A DNA stretch of 64,000 bases. Source: the human T2T-CHM13v2.0 reference genome, Homo sapiens. The translations under genes were made by a program, and so were the position numbers. The notes under the pieces are model-generated. The model had not been told where the DNA came from, ran no database searches, and worked only from the letters and a program-made list of their open reading frames with translations. This document shows positions 23,601 to 37,191 of this stretch, one piece after another. The DNA lies in NCBI RefSeq assembly GCF_009914755.1, contig NC_060930.1, one strand, 5' to 3'. Numbering within the stretch: position 1 is the stretch's first letter; every line of letters begins with the position of its first letter.

Positions 23601-23891
23601 AATGTGTAAACTTAAATTGATGACATAATCCACGCGGCCACAAGGAGTAGGTGCTCAACAAATTATAGCTTTTATGTCTGATTATTGATAATCACAATTT
23701 TAAAAGTCACACCAAATATGAATTCCAAACATTTCATGAAACACATCCTTTGGTGCACTAAACTGCTATATTTATCTTAACTTTCTATAAAGAGGCTATT
23801 TCAGTGCATACCATACTGAATATCATCATCCAGCCAAGCATAACGTATTTTGCCTGTACATTTAAAAGTACTCTTTCAAAATTAAAATGCA

Positions 23892-24077
23892 GGGCTGGGT
23901 GCGGTGGCTCACGCCTGTAATCCCAGCACTTTGGGAGGCCAAGGCAGGTAGATCACTTGAGGTTTGGAGTTGGAGACAAGCCTAGCCAACATGGTGAAAC
24001 CCTGTCTCTACTAAATGTAAAAAAAAAAAAAAAAAAAAATTAGCCGGGCATGGTGGCGCAAGCCTGTAATCCCAGCT
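23892..24077 (+). mobile_element. Alu, 3'-truncated (left arm, expanded A-linker, start of right arm)
   Basis: Alu sequence stops after gcctgtaatcccagct. Confidence 0.9.
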
Positions 24078-27000
24078 GGTCTACAAAGCAGGAATAATAA
24101 CACCTCAGGCTCCAGGGCCATCAGGAGAAGCAGGGAAACAGTGTCTGTCAGGGTGTTTGGAGGCCCGCTGAGGGCCACGGAAAGGAAGGGTGGGGTGATT
24201 TCTGTTACTCTCAGAATTGTCCCAATTATCTCCTCTTTCTCCTAAGAGATAAGGAAGAGAGTCTGTGTCACCTACAGTGCCCACAGCTTCCAGGCAGTTC
24301 CAGAAAATCGTCTTCCAGCTTCGTTTTCCTGAGTAGCTTGCTTTCAGTCTGCAGAGTGGAGGATGGAAGATTTAACAAACTGCTCTTAAGCGTTAAAGTA
24401 CAATTTAGTGCCGAGACATGTGTCTAATGGAGCTTAACGTTTGAAGGCTAAATATCAATGGCAGCGTTAAAGGGAGCTGTAATTCACCCTCCTCCCAACC
24501 GCTTTGCCCTTCTTAGGTAGTTACTAGGCCCAGGTTTACCTCTAAAGTGTGTCACACTATCCCAACACCAGTGGGGATGGGGAGGTCTGTCCCCAGCGGA
24601 ACTTGCTCCCATGGCCTGTGCTGGCAGGCACTGGGCCTGGCTTCACATCTTCACTCTGTGACGCATCAGCCAGGTGCACGGCTTCCTCCTCTACACACGA
24701 GGATGGGGTGCTGCTGTCTACCCACAGGCACTGGTGCAGATTCAGTCAGATGGCACGGGGTTGACAGGCTCCACGCCTTGCCTGGACCACAGGAGACATT
24801 CAATGGCAGCCCAGGACAAGGCCAACACCAACTTTGAGGCCTTTCATGTGGCAAGGGCCCCGGGCACGCCATCATCATTGCTGAGAGTGATTGTGTGCTC
24901 ACATGTGTGTGTGTCAGTGGCACGAGCTGCAATCCAGTCCCCATACCGAAGCCCCCCAACACACAGCGGATGCAGAGTCCAGAGACCCCCCCAGCTCCTG
25001 AATCTTCTCCTTCCCAGTCATGGATACCTTGAAGTCAGGCTCAGTCCTTCAGGTCGGGCTCTGATCTCTATTATCGGAGCCTAGGTGGGCACACGCTTTA
25101 GGAGGGGGCAGTGCAGGGCCCCTGCTTTGAATTCCAGGTGCAGCCACGTTACAGGGAAGTCAGCTGTGCTCGGGAAGTGTGTGACCTTATGTTTTTGCTG
25201 CACCTCAAAAGAAAACTTTACACTTTAAATTAACAGCATGTCCACTGCCAGTATTTGTGGTTACTCCCTGCAACGTAAATCTCTTTTAGAGATGTGTGAG
25301 AACAGCATACGTAATGAAACATCAACGTGAAACTTGATTTAGAGTGCCTTTTCATTAATATAACAAATGAAGTGGACCAAAAATGGAAAGTATATTCCTT
25401 TGGGCCTAATTAAAACACTGAACAAAACACATGTATGTGTATATTTTAAATGAAGACATTCAGTAGCTAGAATTAGCTACAAAAATTAATTCAAATTGAA
25501 AAGTACATTATGAGTGCATTGTTGTTATTAACATAGCCAATATGCTTCCTCTGAGATATCTCCAATAATGTGCACCTGATTTAGTGCCTGTGTGATGTGA
25601 CAGGCAGGCTTTGCTTTAAAAATACCGCACACACAACAAAGTTGGCCCACCGGGGGACCTCGCAGCTGGTTTAACTGCGCTGTCTTTTGGCCAGAGGAGG
25701 ATTTCCAGGCAGAGTGTAGGAGTCAGAGTGAGGATGTCCTCTCTGACTGCGGGGCTCTTATCCTCAGTCCAGCTTCTGAGGGCCTGGCCAGAGCTGGGGA
25801 AGGGGCAGGCTCTGTTGAAACGGAGAGGTGTATTGAGGGGTCAGGGCCTGGAAGGCCCAACCTGGCATCCAGGAACACGTCTCTGATGGTGGCCAGGAGA
25901 TACGTGGAGGGTACCAGGGGATAGGCGTGAAGGACAGTGGCCTGAGTGGAAAGACGGTCTGATTCCACGCCGAGTTGAGGGCAGGGAGTCGGTGCAGTGT
26001 TGGCCATGACCCCTCAGCCCCAGTCCTGCAGAAGCAGGGCACTGAGGGGGCGCACACAAACTTAGGGAGGGGCCCCAGCCCAAGGCAGGATGCTGGGAGC
26101 CCACCTTCTGAAGGGTGGCAGGTGGCCCCCCCCAGTGACAATTCTGGTTGATGGCAGAAGACACCCCAGAGGCCAGGCCACCTGACAGAGAGGTCCCTCA
26201 ACCATTGGGGACCGGGCTTTTTTTCTCGGCTCTGGAGCAGAACTCCTTAACCTAGCCTTTAGGGACGCAGATCGGCCTCCACACTTGGTGGGAAATGGAC
26301 CCGAGGAGCCAAAGATGTGAAATAAGGGCCTGGAGAAGTTCTGGAACACGCTGAGCTCCATGCAAGGGTGGCAGGTGCCCTTCAGGGACTGCTGATGTGA
26401 GGACGCAGCTAGGAATGGAGGACGCTCTCCAAACAGGGATGGGAGGTTTGTGTTTACTGTGGGTCCACCTAGAACTCCTGGCTGGCCAGCCCTGGAACCT
26501 CAGTACTTACCTGGAAATGGAAACACCAATAGTATCTATGCTCTTGGATTGATGTGAGGATGAAATTAAATACTTCATGTGAAGTATCATTCCTCAGAGT
26601 AGTAAGAGCTGCAAAATTGTTAGTCATTATTCTTGTTACTCCACAAGTTACTGGCTCCTATTCCAGCCCCTGGGGACTGCAAGAAAGTCAAGGATCAGAA
26701 CAATAACTGACATTTGTACAGGGCTCTGTAATTCACAAATCACTCTCCTTTAAACGGGCAACGACGTACGCCAATTATCATTCTGATCTTCACTGGGGAA
26801 ACTGAGGCTCAGAGGGCATGTGACTTCCCCAGCATCACACAGCTATGAAGGATAGATGCAAGCTCCAATCCGAGTCCCTTGTTCCTCCTCCTGTACCTCC
26901 CACCCTGAAGGCAGGGGAGGGGGTTCCCTTGGAAGAACCCAGAGAAAGCTTTACAGAACTGTGGCCCTCTCCCTCACAGGCTGGGACAGAAGAAACGAAG

Positions 27001-27822
27001 CCAGGCAGGACAGGTGCAGACTGGCAGGAGTGAGCTGACCAGGGTCTCCCCTGGAACCCTTTGTTCTGATCAGCAACTGGCTTTATTCTCATGCAGTAGG
27101 AACACTGGTTTTCATGGTGATGGGAGGACCCAAGGTCCCAGGTCAAATCTCCCCATTTCTGGGTGATTTATTGGAAGATTGGCGGCTGCTACCCAAATCT
27201 TTGTATTTAATCGGATGAAGAGGCACAAAGTAAGGAATTCTGGGCTCACAGAATTCTTGGATCTCAAGTTGTCAGAATGGGGCCTTCTGCATTTGCTGAT
27301 GCTGAGTCCCTTTCCAGGAGCACATGTCCAGGTAAGCAGACACCACCCAGCCAGGTCTTTTCCCAGGCTGGCTCCAACAAGAGGCCTTGTGTGTGTGATC
27401 AGCAGTGTTCCCTGCACCGTGTGGCTGCTAATGGTTTGGTGAAGCTAACGTTCTCCATGAACAGGCCCAAAGAGCTTCCCTTCTCCACCTGGCCCTGGTC
27501 CCAGCTTTCATCTCAGCAACATAGAAGGATTGTAACACCTGCTGCTGCCCGGTGAGTGACATCTCCCACAAGTCCAGGCTCAGGATTGGGTCCAGATGAG
27601 GGTGTGGAGGAGGCTTGCCTATTGGAGATTTTGAGAAAAGACTAAGGTGGAAAAGGTTGGTTGGGCCTCTTTGTTCTGAAAGACAGTGACCTAGTCCCAG
27701 TCTTCAGAGGTTGAGAGGGACACAGGCTTGTTTGCAAATAGCAAGACAATTGCATGGGGACACTAGCGTTTGTTTGGGTGTGTACAGGAAGCCCTGCTCA
27801 CACCTGGGGAAATGGACTTTGA

Positions 27823-28207
<385 letters not shown>

Positions 28208-28964
28208 GGCCACTGGGTATTTTTAAGAACCAAGGAGAGAGGAGGTTTTGAATGGCAGAAGATTAGAAGACTAGACCCAGCTGCTGAAACAAAGGCCAGG
28301 TGGTGGGGCCCTCCAGTAGGGACCCCCAAACCACTGGCTGGTTCTCACCATTAGGTGCTTTCACTGGCCTCTGCCTTTGCATGCACTGTTCCTGGCCTGA
28401 AACACCCTTCACCTCACTCTTGGCCTTCAACGCTTAACCTTCATTGAACACCATGTGGATTTGAGTGACATTCCAAGATTTGGAGCAGATTGAATTTGGT
28501 GTTGAGAGGAGCAAGAGAGAGAAAGACGTCAAAATAAGTCAAATGTGTTCCTACTGGTGTATTGCAACTTGTAGTGATGCAGGAAGTGGGGAAATTGGAA
28601 AGGAGGGAGTTTGTGGGGGAGGAGATGCTCTCCTTCTTTGAGCAGGGTGGATTTCTCCGGCCAGTGACACAGTCATTGAGGACAGCCAAAGTCATCAAGA
28701 AAAGACACAGTGAGAACTCAGCCTTGGGGGTGGTGACCTGGGAGTCCCTGGGTTGCTAGTTAGTGGTCAGAACTGGGCCTGATGGACAAACTCAGGCAAG
28801 GTAGGGGTTAGGTGGGGACCAAAGCAGGCCAGGCTGATGGTGGAGTGCGCAGGGCCAGGCACCCTCCCTGGAGGCATCAGCCTGGGCTTGCTTTACTACT
28901 CTGGAAGGGAACCCAAGCCCCAGGACGCTAAATCTTATGCCAATGTTCAAATATAACCATTTCT

Positions 28965-29258
28965 TTCTTTTTTTTTTTTTTTTTTTTGAGACGGAGTCTC
29001 TCTTTGGAGTGCAGTGGCGCCATCTTGGCCCCCTGAAACCTCCGACTCCCTGGTCCAAGCGATTCTCCTGCTTCAGCCTCCCGCGTAGCTGGGATTACAG
29101 GCATGCGCCACCGTGGCCAGCTAATTTTTGTATTTTCACTAGAGACAGGGTTTCACCATGTTGACCAGGATGGTCTCGATCTGCTGACCTTGTGATCCGC
29201 CCGCCTCGGTCTCCCAAAGTGTTGTTGGGATTACAGGCATGAGCCACCACGCCGGACC
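28965..29258 (-). mobile_element. Alu (AluSc-like) with a 16-bp TSD
   Basis: TSD aaatataaccatttct at 28949-28964 and 29259-29274; abuts the CpG island. Confidence 0.95.
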
Positions 29259-29289
29259 AAATATAACCATTTCTAAAAGCATTCCTCAG

Positions 29290-30650
29290 CGCTTGGAACT
29301 TGCGAGCTGATGGCTTTTGGTGGAGCCCAGGAGGGGCGCTGTGGGGCACAGACGTGTGCGGGGCCGGCAGCTGCGGAGAGAGCAGCGCACCCCAGCCTTC
29401 AATTCCCCGCCGAAGATGGGACTCTGCCCAGAGCCGAGGCCCCTGGCTGCTGCCCCGCTCCCTTGCGGCCGCAGTGACACTCAGAGCCAGATTCCTCAGA
29501 CAATCTTCACTCCTCCGTGGTGGCTGCCTTGGGAGGCGTTGCGGGGTGAAGGAAGTCGCAGCTGGTCCCAAGCAGTGGGGAGGGCAGGACAGGGAGTAAG
29601 ACACCGCCTTCCTGGGGTGCACACGGAGGAGGGGCGCTGCCCAGGAGCGGAGGGGAGGGGAGCGGAGCGCGGAGAGGAGACCGGTGCCAGACTTCACCCG
29701 CCTAGCTCTCGGAACCCCCGGGGGCCGCGCTCGGCTCCGCCTGGGGGCTACCGGTTCTGGGCCAGGAGAAGAAGTGGCATCCGCGGGGCAGGGCGGGCGG
29801 TGACGGCCGGCTCAGGTGGCGGCCCCACCCCAGCGCCCTTCAGCAGGCCTGGGTCGGTCGGCCTCGGACCCCGTAGGCGCCGGCGGAGCTGGCGGCAGGG
29901 ACCCGACAGCTCTGCCGCGGACTCCGCAGGGGACATCCCCCACCCTGGCGGCCCACCCAGGCGGAGCGCGGCGGGGACCGTGCATCTAGCGCGCCCTGGT
30001 GACCTGCGGGCCGAGGCGGGCTGTGGGGCTTGGCCCCGCGACTCAGCCTTCCGGGCCCACAGCGGCCCTGACCCGGGAAGTGCGGAGGTTTGGCCGCCTT
30101 CAACAGCACCTGCCAGGCCACTGGGAGCAGCGGGGGAGAAGTGGGCTCGCACACCGACGGCCTCCCGGGTTCGGCGGGGACGACCCGAGCTAGGAGCCCG
30201 CGGGGGCCGTGGGAGCTGCTCCGCCGAGGTGGACCCGGGGCGCCCGCACCCCTCACCTTCTTTCCGTGGGGTCCGGGGCCAGGGACGCAGCGGGGGACGG
30301 CGGGCATCAGCCGGGCAGCGCCCGAGCCGTCCCTGGCCGGGTCCCCACACCTGCGTGCTCGGGCATCCCCAGGGTCGGGGGCGCGGTGAATCGTGGTCCC
30401 CGCAGCCCGGGGCCCGCCAGGCCCGCGGAGTCAGCCCACCCTGGCGAGGGGCCCAGGCACCCGCATTTAACCAGTCCCGACCTCGGCACGTGGCGGCGCC
30501 GGTGTCGCAGACTCGGGCCCACTTCTGGGAGCTTTGGTGCGAGGGGGAAAGTGCCCCTGCGGACGGGCTCGGGTGCCCGGTGCTGCCCCGCCGCCATCCC
30601 CGGCACGCAGAGGTGGAGAATGCCAGGCAGCCTGCCGTCCTAATTGGAAG
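29290..30650. promoter_or_regulatory. CpG island not attached to any coding exon visible in the window (orphan CGI; promoter or enhancer candidate)
   Basis: About 1.35 kb of very GC- and CpG-dense sequence, GC boxes (GGGCGG at 29791-29800), E-box CACGTG at 30487. Confidence 0.85.
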
Positions 30651-30958
30651 TGGATGTTAAAGAGGAGAAATTCAGTTTTGTCAGTGAAATGTCACGGATT
30701 TCGAGTCTCAAGCCCACCCCTAGCCCTTTGGTATTTGACTATCTTTATCCTTGGCAGTGTGTGATTCCCATGTTTCAAAGAAAGAACTTTAAAGGTTCAT
30801 AAAGCTCCAAAGATTTCAAATAGCTCTTTTAAAAGCACTTTGATGGTTTAAATGCAGACACATGAATTACATATCTCTTAAATTACACAGGGTTTTAAAT
30901 CTAAGGGAAAATGTCTTTGGCAAAATGAATTGGGGTTTTGTCTTGTGTAGGTAGGTTT

Positions 30959-30992
<34 letters not shown>

Positions 30993-31002
30993 CGCGCGCG
31001 CA
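30959..31002. repeat. (TG)13(CG)8 compound alternating purine-pyrimidine microsatellite
   Basis: Direct reading. Confidence 0.97.
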
Positions 31003-31417
31003 ACATTCAGATCCATACTGGGTGGGGGAAGGGAGGCAGCTGGTGAGGATGCAGGGCTGCCTGCCACCTGGCCCCTGCTCTCTCACAGCACACGGGGCAC
31101 GCGCTGGTCTGGGCCCTGTGTGATCCTCTCAGGTGAGGACAGCCATGTGGCCACATCTGACCCCTGAAGGTCAAAAGGATAAACTCCTCTAGGGAGGGCG
31201 TGCCTCCTCTCTTCATACCCTCCCCGCTCAGATCAGCGGTGAATGGGGGAATGAATGATACAAACAGCTCATGGAGGTACAATCACATCTCCACTCACAA
31301 CGCCTGCAGCTGGCCCGTGACCAGCAGCAACTGATCTAAAGATCAATCTCACCGGTCAAACCTTCAAGAAAACAGCAGTAAACAGAGACTCGGAGCCTAG
31401 GAGGGGGCAGTTTGGTA

Positions 31418-31747
31418 CAGCAGTCCCGGTTTATCCACAGTTTCACTTTCCGTAGTTTCAATAACCAGTAGTCAACCGTGGTCTGAAAATTGGTGAGCAC
31501 AGTGTAATATATTTTGAGAGAGAGGGAGACCACATTCACATCACTTTTATTACAATATATTGTTGTAAATGTTCTATTATTGTTGGTCATCTCTTCCTGT
31601 GCCTAATTTATAAATTAAACTTAATCATAGGTATGTATGTATGTATAGGAAAAAACATAGCATATATAGGGTTTGGTACTATCCAAGGCTTCAGGCATCC
31701 CCTGGGGGTCTTGGAAAATATCCCCCACCAATAAGGGGAACTTACTA
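31418..31747 (+). mobile_element. MER44A-like (Tigger7-derived) MITE, full length
   Basis: TA-flanked, with TIR-like ends cagcagtcccggtttatcc / ataaggggaacttacta; the internal sequence matches the recalled MER44A consensus. Confidence 0.85.
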
Positions 31748-31759
31748 TATTGTGAATAC

Positions 31760-31930
31760 TCACGCAGGGTCAGGCTGCATGGGCTTGAATTCCTACTCTG
31801 CTACTTATTATCAGGGTGACCTCTCTAATCCTCAGTACCCTCACCTATAAAATGGTATCATAGTGGCCCCTATGGCACTGGATTATTATGAGGATTGTTC
31901 TAGATATATATGAAGCTCTTAGCAAACGGC
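31760..31930 (+). mobile_element. MIR
   Basis: gggcttgaattcctactctgctactta...cctcagtaccctcacctataaaatgg. Confidence 0.7.
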
Positions 31931-31952
31931 CCACCCCACAGGCACCTTTGAG

Positions 31953-33034
31953 ATGGTGGTGATAGAGAGTATAATAGTGGTGATGGTGAGGATGGTGGTT
32001 GGTGGTGATGGTGATTGTAATGGCAATGGTGGTGGTGAGGATGGTGGGAATGATGGGGGTGATGGGGGTGATGGTGGTGATGGTGGTGATGTGGTAAGGA
32101 TAAAGGTGATAGTGGTTATGGTGATGGTGATGATGAGAGTGGCAGCAGTGGTGGTGAGGATGAGGGTGATGGTGATAATGATGAGAGTGGTGATGGTGGT
32201 GGTGAGGATGAGGGTGATGGTGATAATGATGATGGTGGTGATGGTGGTAGTAAGGATGAGGGTGATGGCGATAATGATGATGGTGATGGTGATGGTGAAG
32301 ATGAGAGTGATGGTGATAATGATGGTAGTGATGGTGGTGAGGATGAGGGTGATAGTGATAATGACGATAGTGGTGATGAGGGCGATAGTGGTTATGGTGA
32401 TGGTGGTGATGAGGGTGATAGTGGTTATGGTGATGGTGGTGATGAGGGTGGCTGTGATGGTTGTGGTGAGGATGAGGGTGATGGTGATGATAGTGGTGAT
32501 GATGGTAAAGATGAGGGTGATAGTGGTGATGGTGATGAGGGTGGCGGTGATGGTTGTGAGGATGAGTGTGATGGTGATGATGGTGGTGATGATGGTAAGG
32601 ATGAGGGTGATGGTGGTAGCGGTTATGGTGATGGTGATGATGAGGGTGGCAGTGATGGGGATGGTGAGGATGAGGGTGATGGTGATAATTATGATGGTGG
32701 TGATGGTGGTGGTGAGGATGAGGGTGATGGTGGTAATGACAATGGTGGTGATGGTAAGGATGAGGGTGATAGTGGTTATGGTGATGGTGGTGATGAGGGT
32801 GGTGGTGATGGTTGTGGTGAGGATGAGGGTGATGGTGATGATGATGGTGATGATGGTAAGGATGGGGGTGATAGTGGTGGTAGTGGTTATGGTGATGGTG
32901 ATGATGAGGGTGGCAGTGATGGTGGTGGTGGGGATGAGGGTGATGGTGATGGGGGTGGTGGTAGTGATGATGATCAGGATGGTGATGAGGTGGTGATGGT
33001 GAGGATCAGGGTGACGTTGTGGTGGTGATGGTGG
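31953..33034 (+). repeat. ~1.1-kb degenerate (ATG/GTG/AGG) triplet minisatellite, almost C-free on the + strand
   Basis: Direct reading; recurring gtgaggatgagggtgatggtg blocks. Confidence 0.97.
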
Positions 33035-35700
33035 TCACCCCACAAGCTCTCAGCAACTGGGTCCCAGTGTTATCGCTAGACTCTCCTGGTGTCTATACCT
33101 CCTGTCTGCACCAGGTGTTTTTGTGCACAGCATGTCTCATCACCCCATCCTGTTAGTGGTGAGCAGCCCCTCCTCCCAGGCCTGAGAGATTCATCTGTTG
33201 ATGAGGCGGATGGGCAGAGGGAAGACCTCCTGCTGTGCTCAGGCAAATCAGACTTTGCCAGGGAGTCCTGAACAGTCTTGTGCATGTATGAGCAATGGTA
33301 GAAAAGAGGATCCTCTAAACTATTTCTTAGAACAATAAGCTTGGGAATGAGATTTGCCTAGACGAAAGGGTTTCAAAGGCAGCTTTTAGGGGTCGGTTCT
33401 TCCATAGAAGCAGGACATATCGGCAGGCCCTGTGGAGGGGCCAGGTCCAGTCACACATCTTCCTGTTTCCCACTCTTCCCAGGAGCCCTTTGCACAGAAA
33501 GAGAAGTTTCCTCAATCACATCTCATCCCATCCCCAGGAGTTCTCGGTCTCTCTCCCTTGCCCTTGATTGACATGATGCCAGTTACCATTTCTCTGGTTT
33601 GGTGCATGTTCCATATTTATTGATCTATCTGGCTCCTGTGCCCCAGTTCCAGTGGGGATTGTAAGGCTCTGGAGGGCAGTGACCCTGATCTTTCTCAAAT
33701 GTCCCACATGGCATTTAGCAACAGTAGGAGGGCACCCCCACATTCTGCATCTCCCACGGACCTAGAATGGTGCTTTGTACATACTGGCAAATGTCCACTG
33801 AATAGATAAGTAGCCAGTGACAGGTGGGGGTGAATGTCATTGTCTCAAAGCAGGCTCTATCCTTGTCCTTCCCAACTCAGGTGGCCCCAAATGCTGTGTG
33901 TATGGGCTGGGGTTATGCTCAAGGTGGGCTGCAACGTGGGTGCCTCTGGAGGGCAGCCACTCAGCTCCGACACCTCTCCTTTTAAACACAGCCTGGGGGC
34001 TACTGGGGAACTTGCCTCCTCCGTCTCCCCAGGAAACTCTTTGTGATTTTAAGCAATCAATATTATTAGATTTTTTAAAACGAATTCCTCATCCAGTCAG
34101 TTTTCATGCCAAACTCAAAAATGCTTCAAAACTCAACACCCTCCACATCACAATGTCTGGTGAAACTGCTAACTCCTGATTTTACCGCAAGATTCATTGT
34201 GGGGTTGGGGGCTGGGGGAGGAATGAGCTGGAGAAACCCCACAAAGCGCCACCACCATCCTAATCTCTCTCTATTACCAAAATGGACGGCAAGATGCGGA
34301 TTACTGCGGCTATAAATCAGCTTTGTGTTGGGGCTAATCTGATACATTTTTCAAGTGTTGTTCTCTGTTCAGCTTTCAGGGAACTGCTCGGTTGGCACAA
34401 AGTTCGCAATCAATCTCCTCTGGTCGCTCCCACCGGCTCGCCACCTCCTCCGAGCCGTCCTAATATTTTATACATAAACCAGTTTCGATTCACAGGGCAT
34501 TCCAACCAGTAAATGCTCTAAGATTCATCTTTATGGACTGGCAGCCCAGCCTTGTAGGCGTCCCAGCTTCTTAAGATTAAAAGGAGTTTTATTTGGTGTG
34601 TGATGCTGCGAGGGGAGGAGATGCTGGCGGCTGGCGGGTTCTATTTTTATTACGCGTGCTCCTCTCCAGAGAGGAGGAGGAGGCAAGGCTGGAGAGAGGC
34701 CTCGAGGGCGGGGTCCTGGAGATGCAGCCTCTTCATTGCCCCTCTTATTCCAGACCCTCCCAGCCCTGTGTCTGGGGTCCTTTGAGGTTCCCCAAGGCCT
34801 AAGCAAACAGGGGTGTTTGCAGTGACCAGGTGTGCATCTTGGCTGGTCACAGGGTTGCAGCCCAGTACCCAGGGAAGAGGGATCCAGGATCAAATAGATA
34901 GGACAACCGCTGGGGGAGGGGCCGGCCCCACCGGAGGAAATGAAAATAGTTGCAGTTTCATTTGCTTTAAAGCACAGCCCTTGTAATAAATGCGCACAGC
35001 AAATGTGCTGAGCAAACACCTCGGCATTCATCACTATGCGGGGGCTGTTTACTGCCTCATAAACTTGGAAGCAAGTGATATTGTCTCCTAAATCAATGGC
35101 TGCGCGGACAGCCTTGGCGCTCCAGGAGAACAGCACGGCCAGGCCGCGCCCGTGCTGAAATTAATGACTGGAGCAGTGACTGGAAGGTGCTTAGTCACTG
35201 CCGAGGGGATTAGGAGCCATTCCAGGGGACGAGCAGCCAGCGTGAGTGAGCGTGTGTTTTGGGGGAGGGCTGATGGGCTGTGAGGGTGTCCCTACATGGG
35301 AGCTGCACTCAGGGTGCAGGGGCCGATGACCCAGCCCTGGGGAGGGAGGGAGGGAGGAGGGGAGGGCCTGGCTGAACCGGGCTCCAGCCCCCTACTCCCG
35401 GGGATCCCCAGCACCTTGCAGCCGGCCAGCTTGGGGTAATTGCTGAGGAAGAGGGTGGAGGGAGGGGAGCCAGGCAGCCAGGTTTCCAAGGGGGATCCCG
35501 GGAAGTGTTTATGGAGGTAGACGCTGCAGTGGGGGCAGTCCCACAGGGGCCTGGCCGCTTCTGGGAGGCTTCCAAGGTGGGATGGAGAAAAGGACACCTG
35601 CCCTTGGCAAATGCTGTCGTGTTGACGAAGCACCAGCCCATTAATGAAGCAGGCTCGGGAGGAGCACTGCGGGCCAAGCCGGCTGCTGCCCTGTGCTTCC

Positions 35701-36112
35701 TGTGGGGTACTGAATGGTGGCCCCCAAAGTATGTCTGCATCCTAATCCCTAGAACCTGTGAATATGACCTTATTTGAAAAAAAGGCTCTTTGCAGATATA
35801 ATTAAGGATCTTGACATGAGGAGATCATCCTGGGTTACCTGCGTGGGCCCTAAATCCAGTGACAAGCGTCCTTTAATGGAGAGGCTAAGGGAGATTTGAG
35901 ACAGGTAGAAGGGAAGAACAGAGAGGAGGAAGCCATGTGGAGTCTAAGGCAGAGCCTGGAGTGAGGTGGCTGCAAGCCAAGGAATGCCAGGCACTGCCAG
36001 TGGCCACTCGGTTTAGGGCTTCTGGCCTCCAAGCCACGAGAGAATGAACATCTGTGGTTTTAAGCCACCAAGGCTGTGGTCATTGGTAACAGCAGCCACA
36101 GAAACTAATACA
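35701..36112 (+). mobile_element. MaLR solo LTR (MLT1B/C-like), full length
   Basis: TG...CA termini (tgtggggtactgaatggtggccccc ... gaaactaataca); 5-bp TSD-like flanks cttcc/cttct. Confidence 0.88.
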
Positions 36113-36407
36113 CTTCTCTTCCCCAAACCTGGGCTCCCCTACAGTCCAGCAGCTGCGCCCTACATTTCTGGGGATGACTGGTTCTGGCCAGAAGTGCCCA
36201 AACCGGTGGGGGCAGCCCAGCCTGGCAGAGCCTTGGAAAAACTCTGAGTTTCCTTCTCTTGGCCTCAGCAATCACTCCTATATAATAATAGCACCATTCA
36301 AAGCGCAGGTGATTTTGTTCGCCTGAATTTGTTAACCTACTCAGGCACTCAGCAACTCATGCCAAGCAAAGTGTCACTTAAAGCAGCAGGTGCCCCCAGA
36401 ATTTTAC

Positions 36408-36769
<362 letters not shown>

Positions 36770-37191
36770 TTATTCTCAATCGCAGCCCCAGGTCCTTGTG
36801 TCTCGAGTTGTCTCACTTGTTTCCCTTCATGTGCCCATCCCTTCCACTGGGGGTAGAGATGGGCAGCGCCTGAGCCCGGGCAAAGAGGTTCATAAGTCAT
36901 TTCACAAGACGATGAGTTAACTGACTTACTGACAGGCAGAAGTGGATTCGGAGCCAAGTTCCCTCTGATAAATGGAAGAGGGTGCCATGGGGGAAAAGCC
37001 TGGTATTTTCTGGAGGGTCTCACGTTACCTTGATAATTTTGAGTGTGGTTTAAGGTTCAACTCTCTGCCTTATAGGATGAGAAACCCCAAATCGTTCTCA
37101 CCCAGAGACAGAGGGCTTCCTCTCGCAGGGGGCCCAGGGGAAACTGTTAAGGGCTGCAGGATAACAAATTATTAACTAATGGTGAGAAATA

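Noticed and set aside
29317-30660. 447-aa ORF over the CpG island
   Set aside because: Non-ATG start, Arg/Gly/Pro/Ala composition, no recognisable domain, and overlapping ORFs in other frames; expected from stop-codon scarcity in very GC-rich DNA.
31953-32996. 347-aa Met/Val ORF as a gene
   Set aside because: A direct product of the triplet repeat; no evidence of exon structure.
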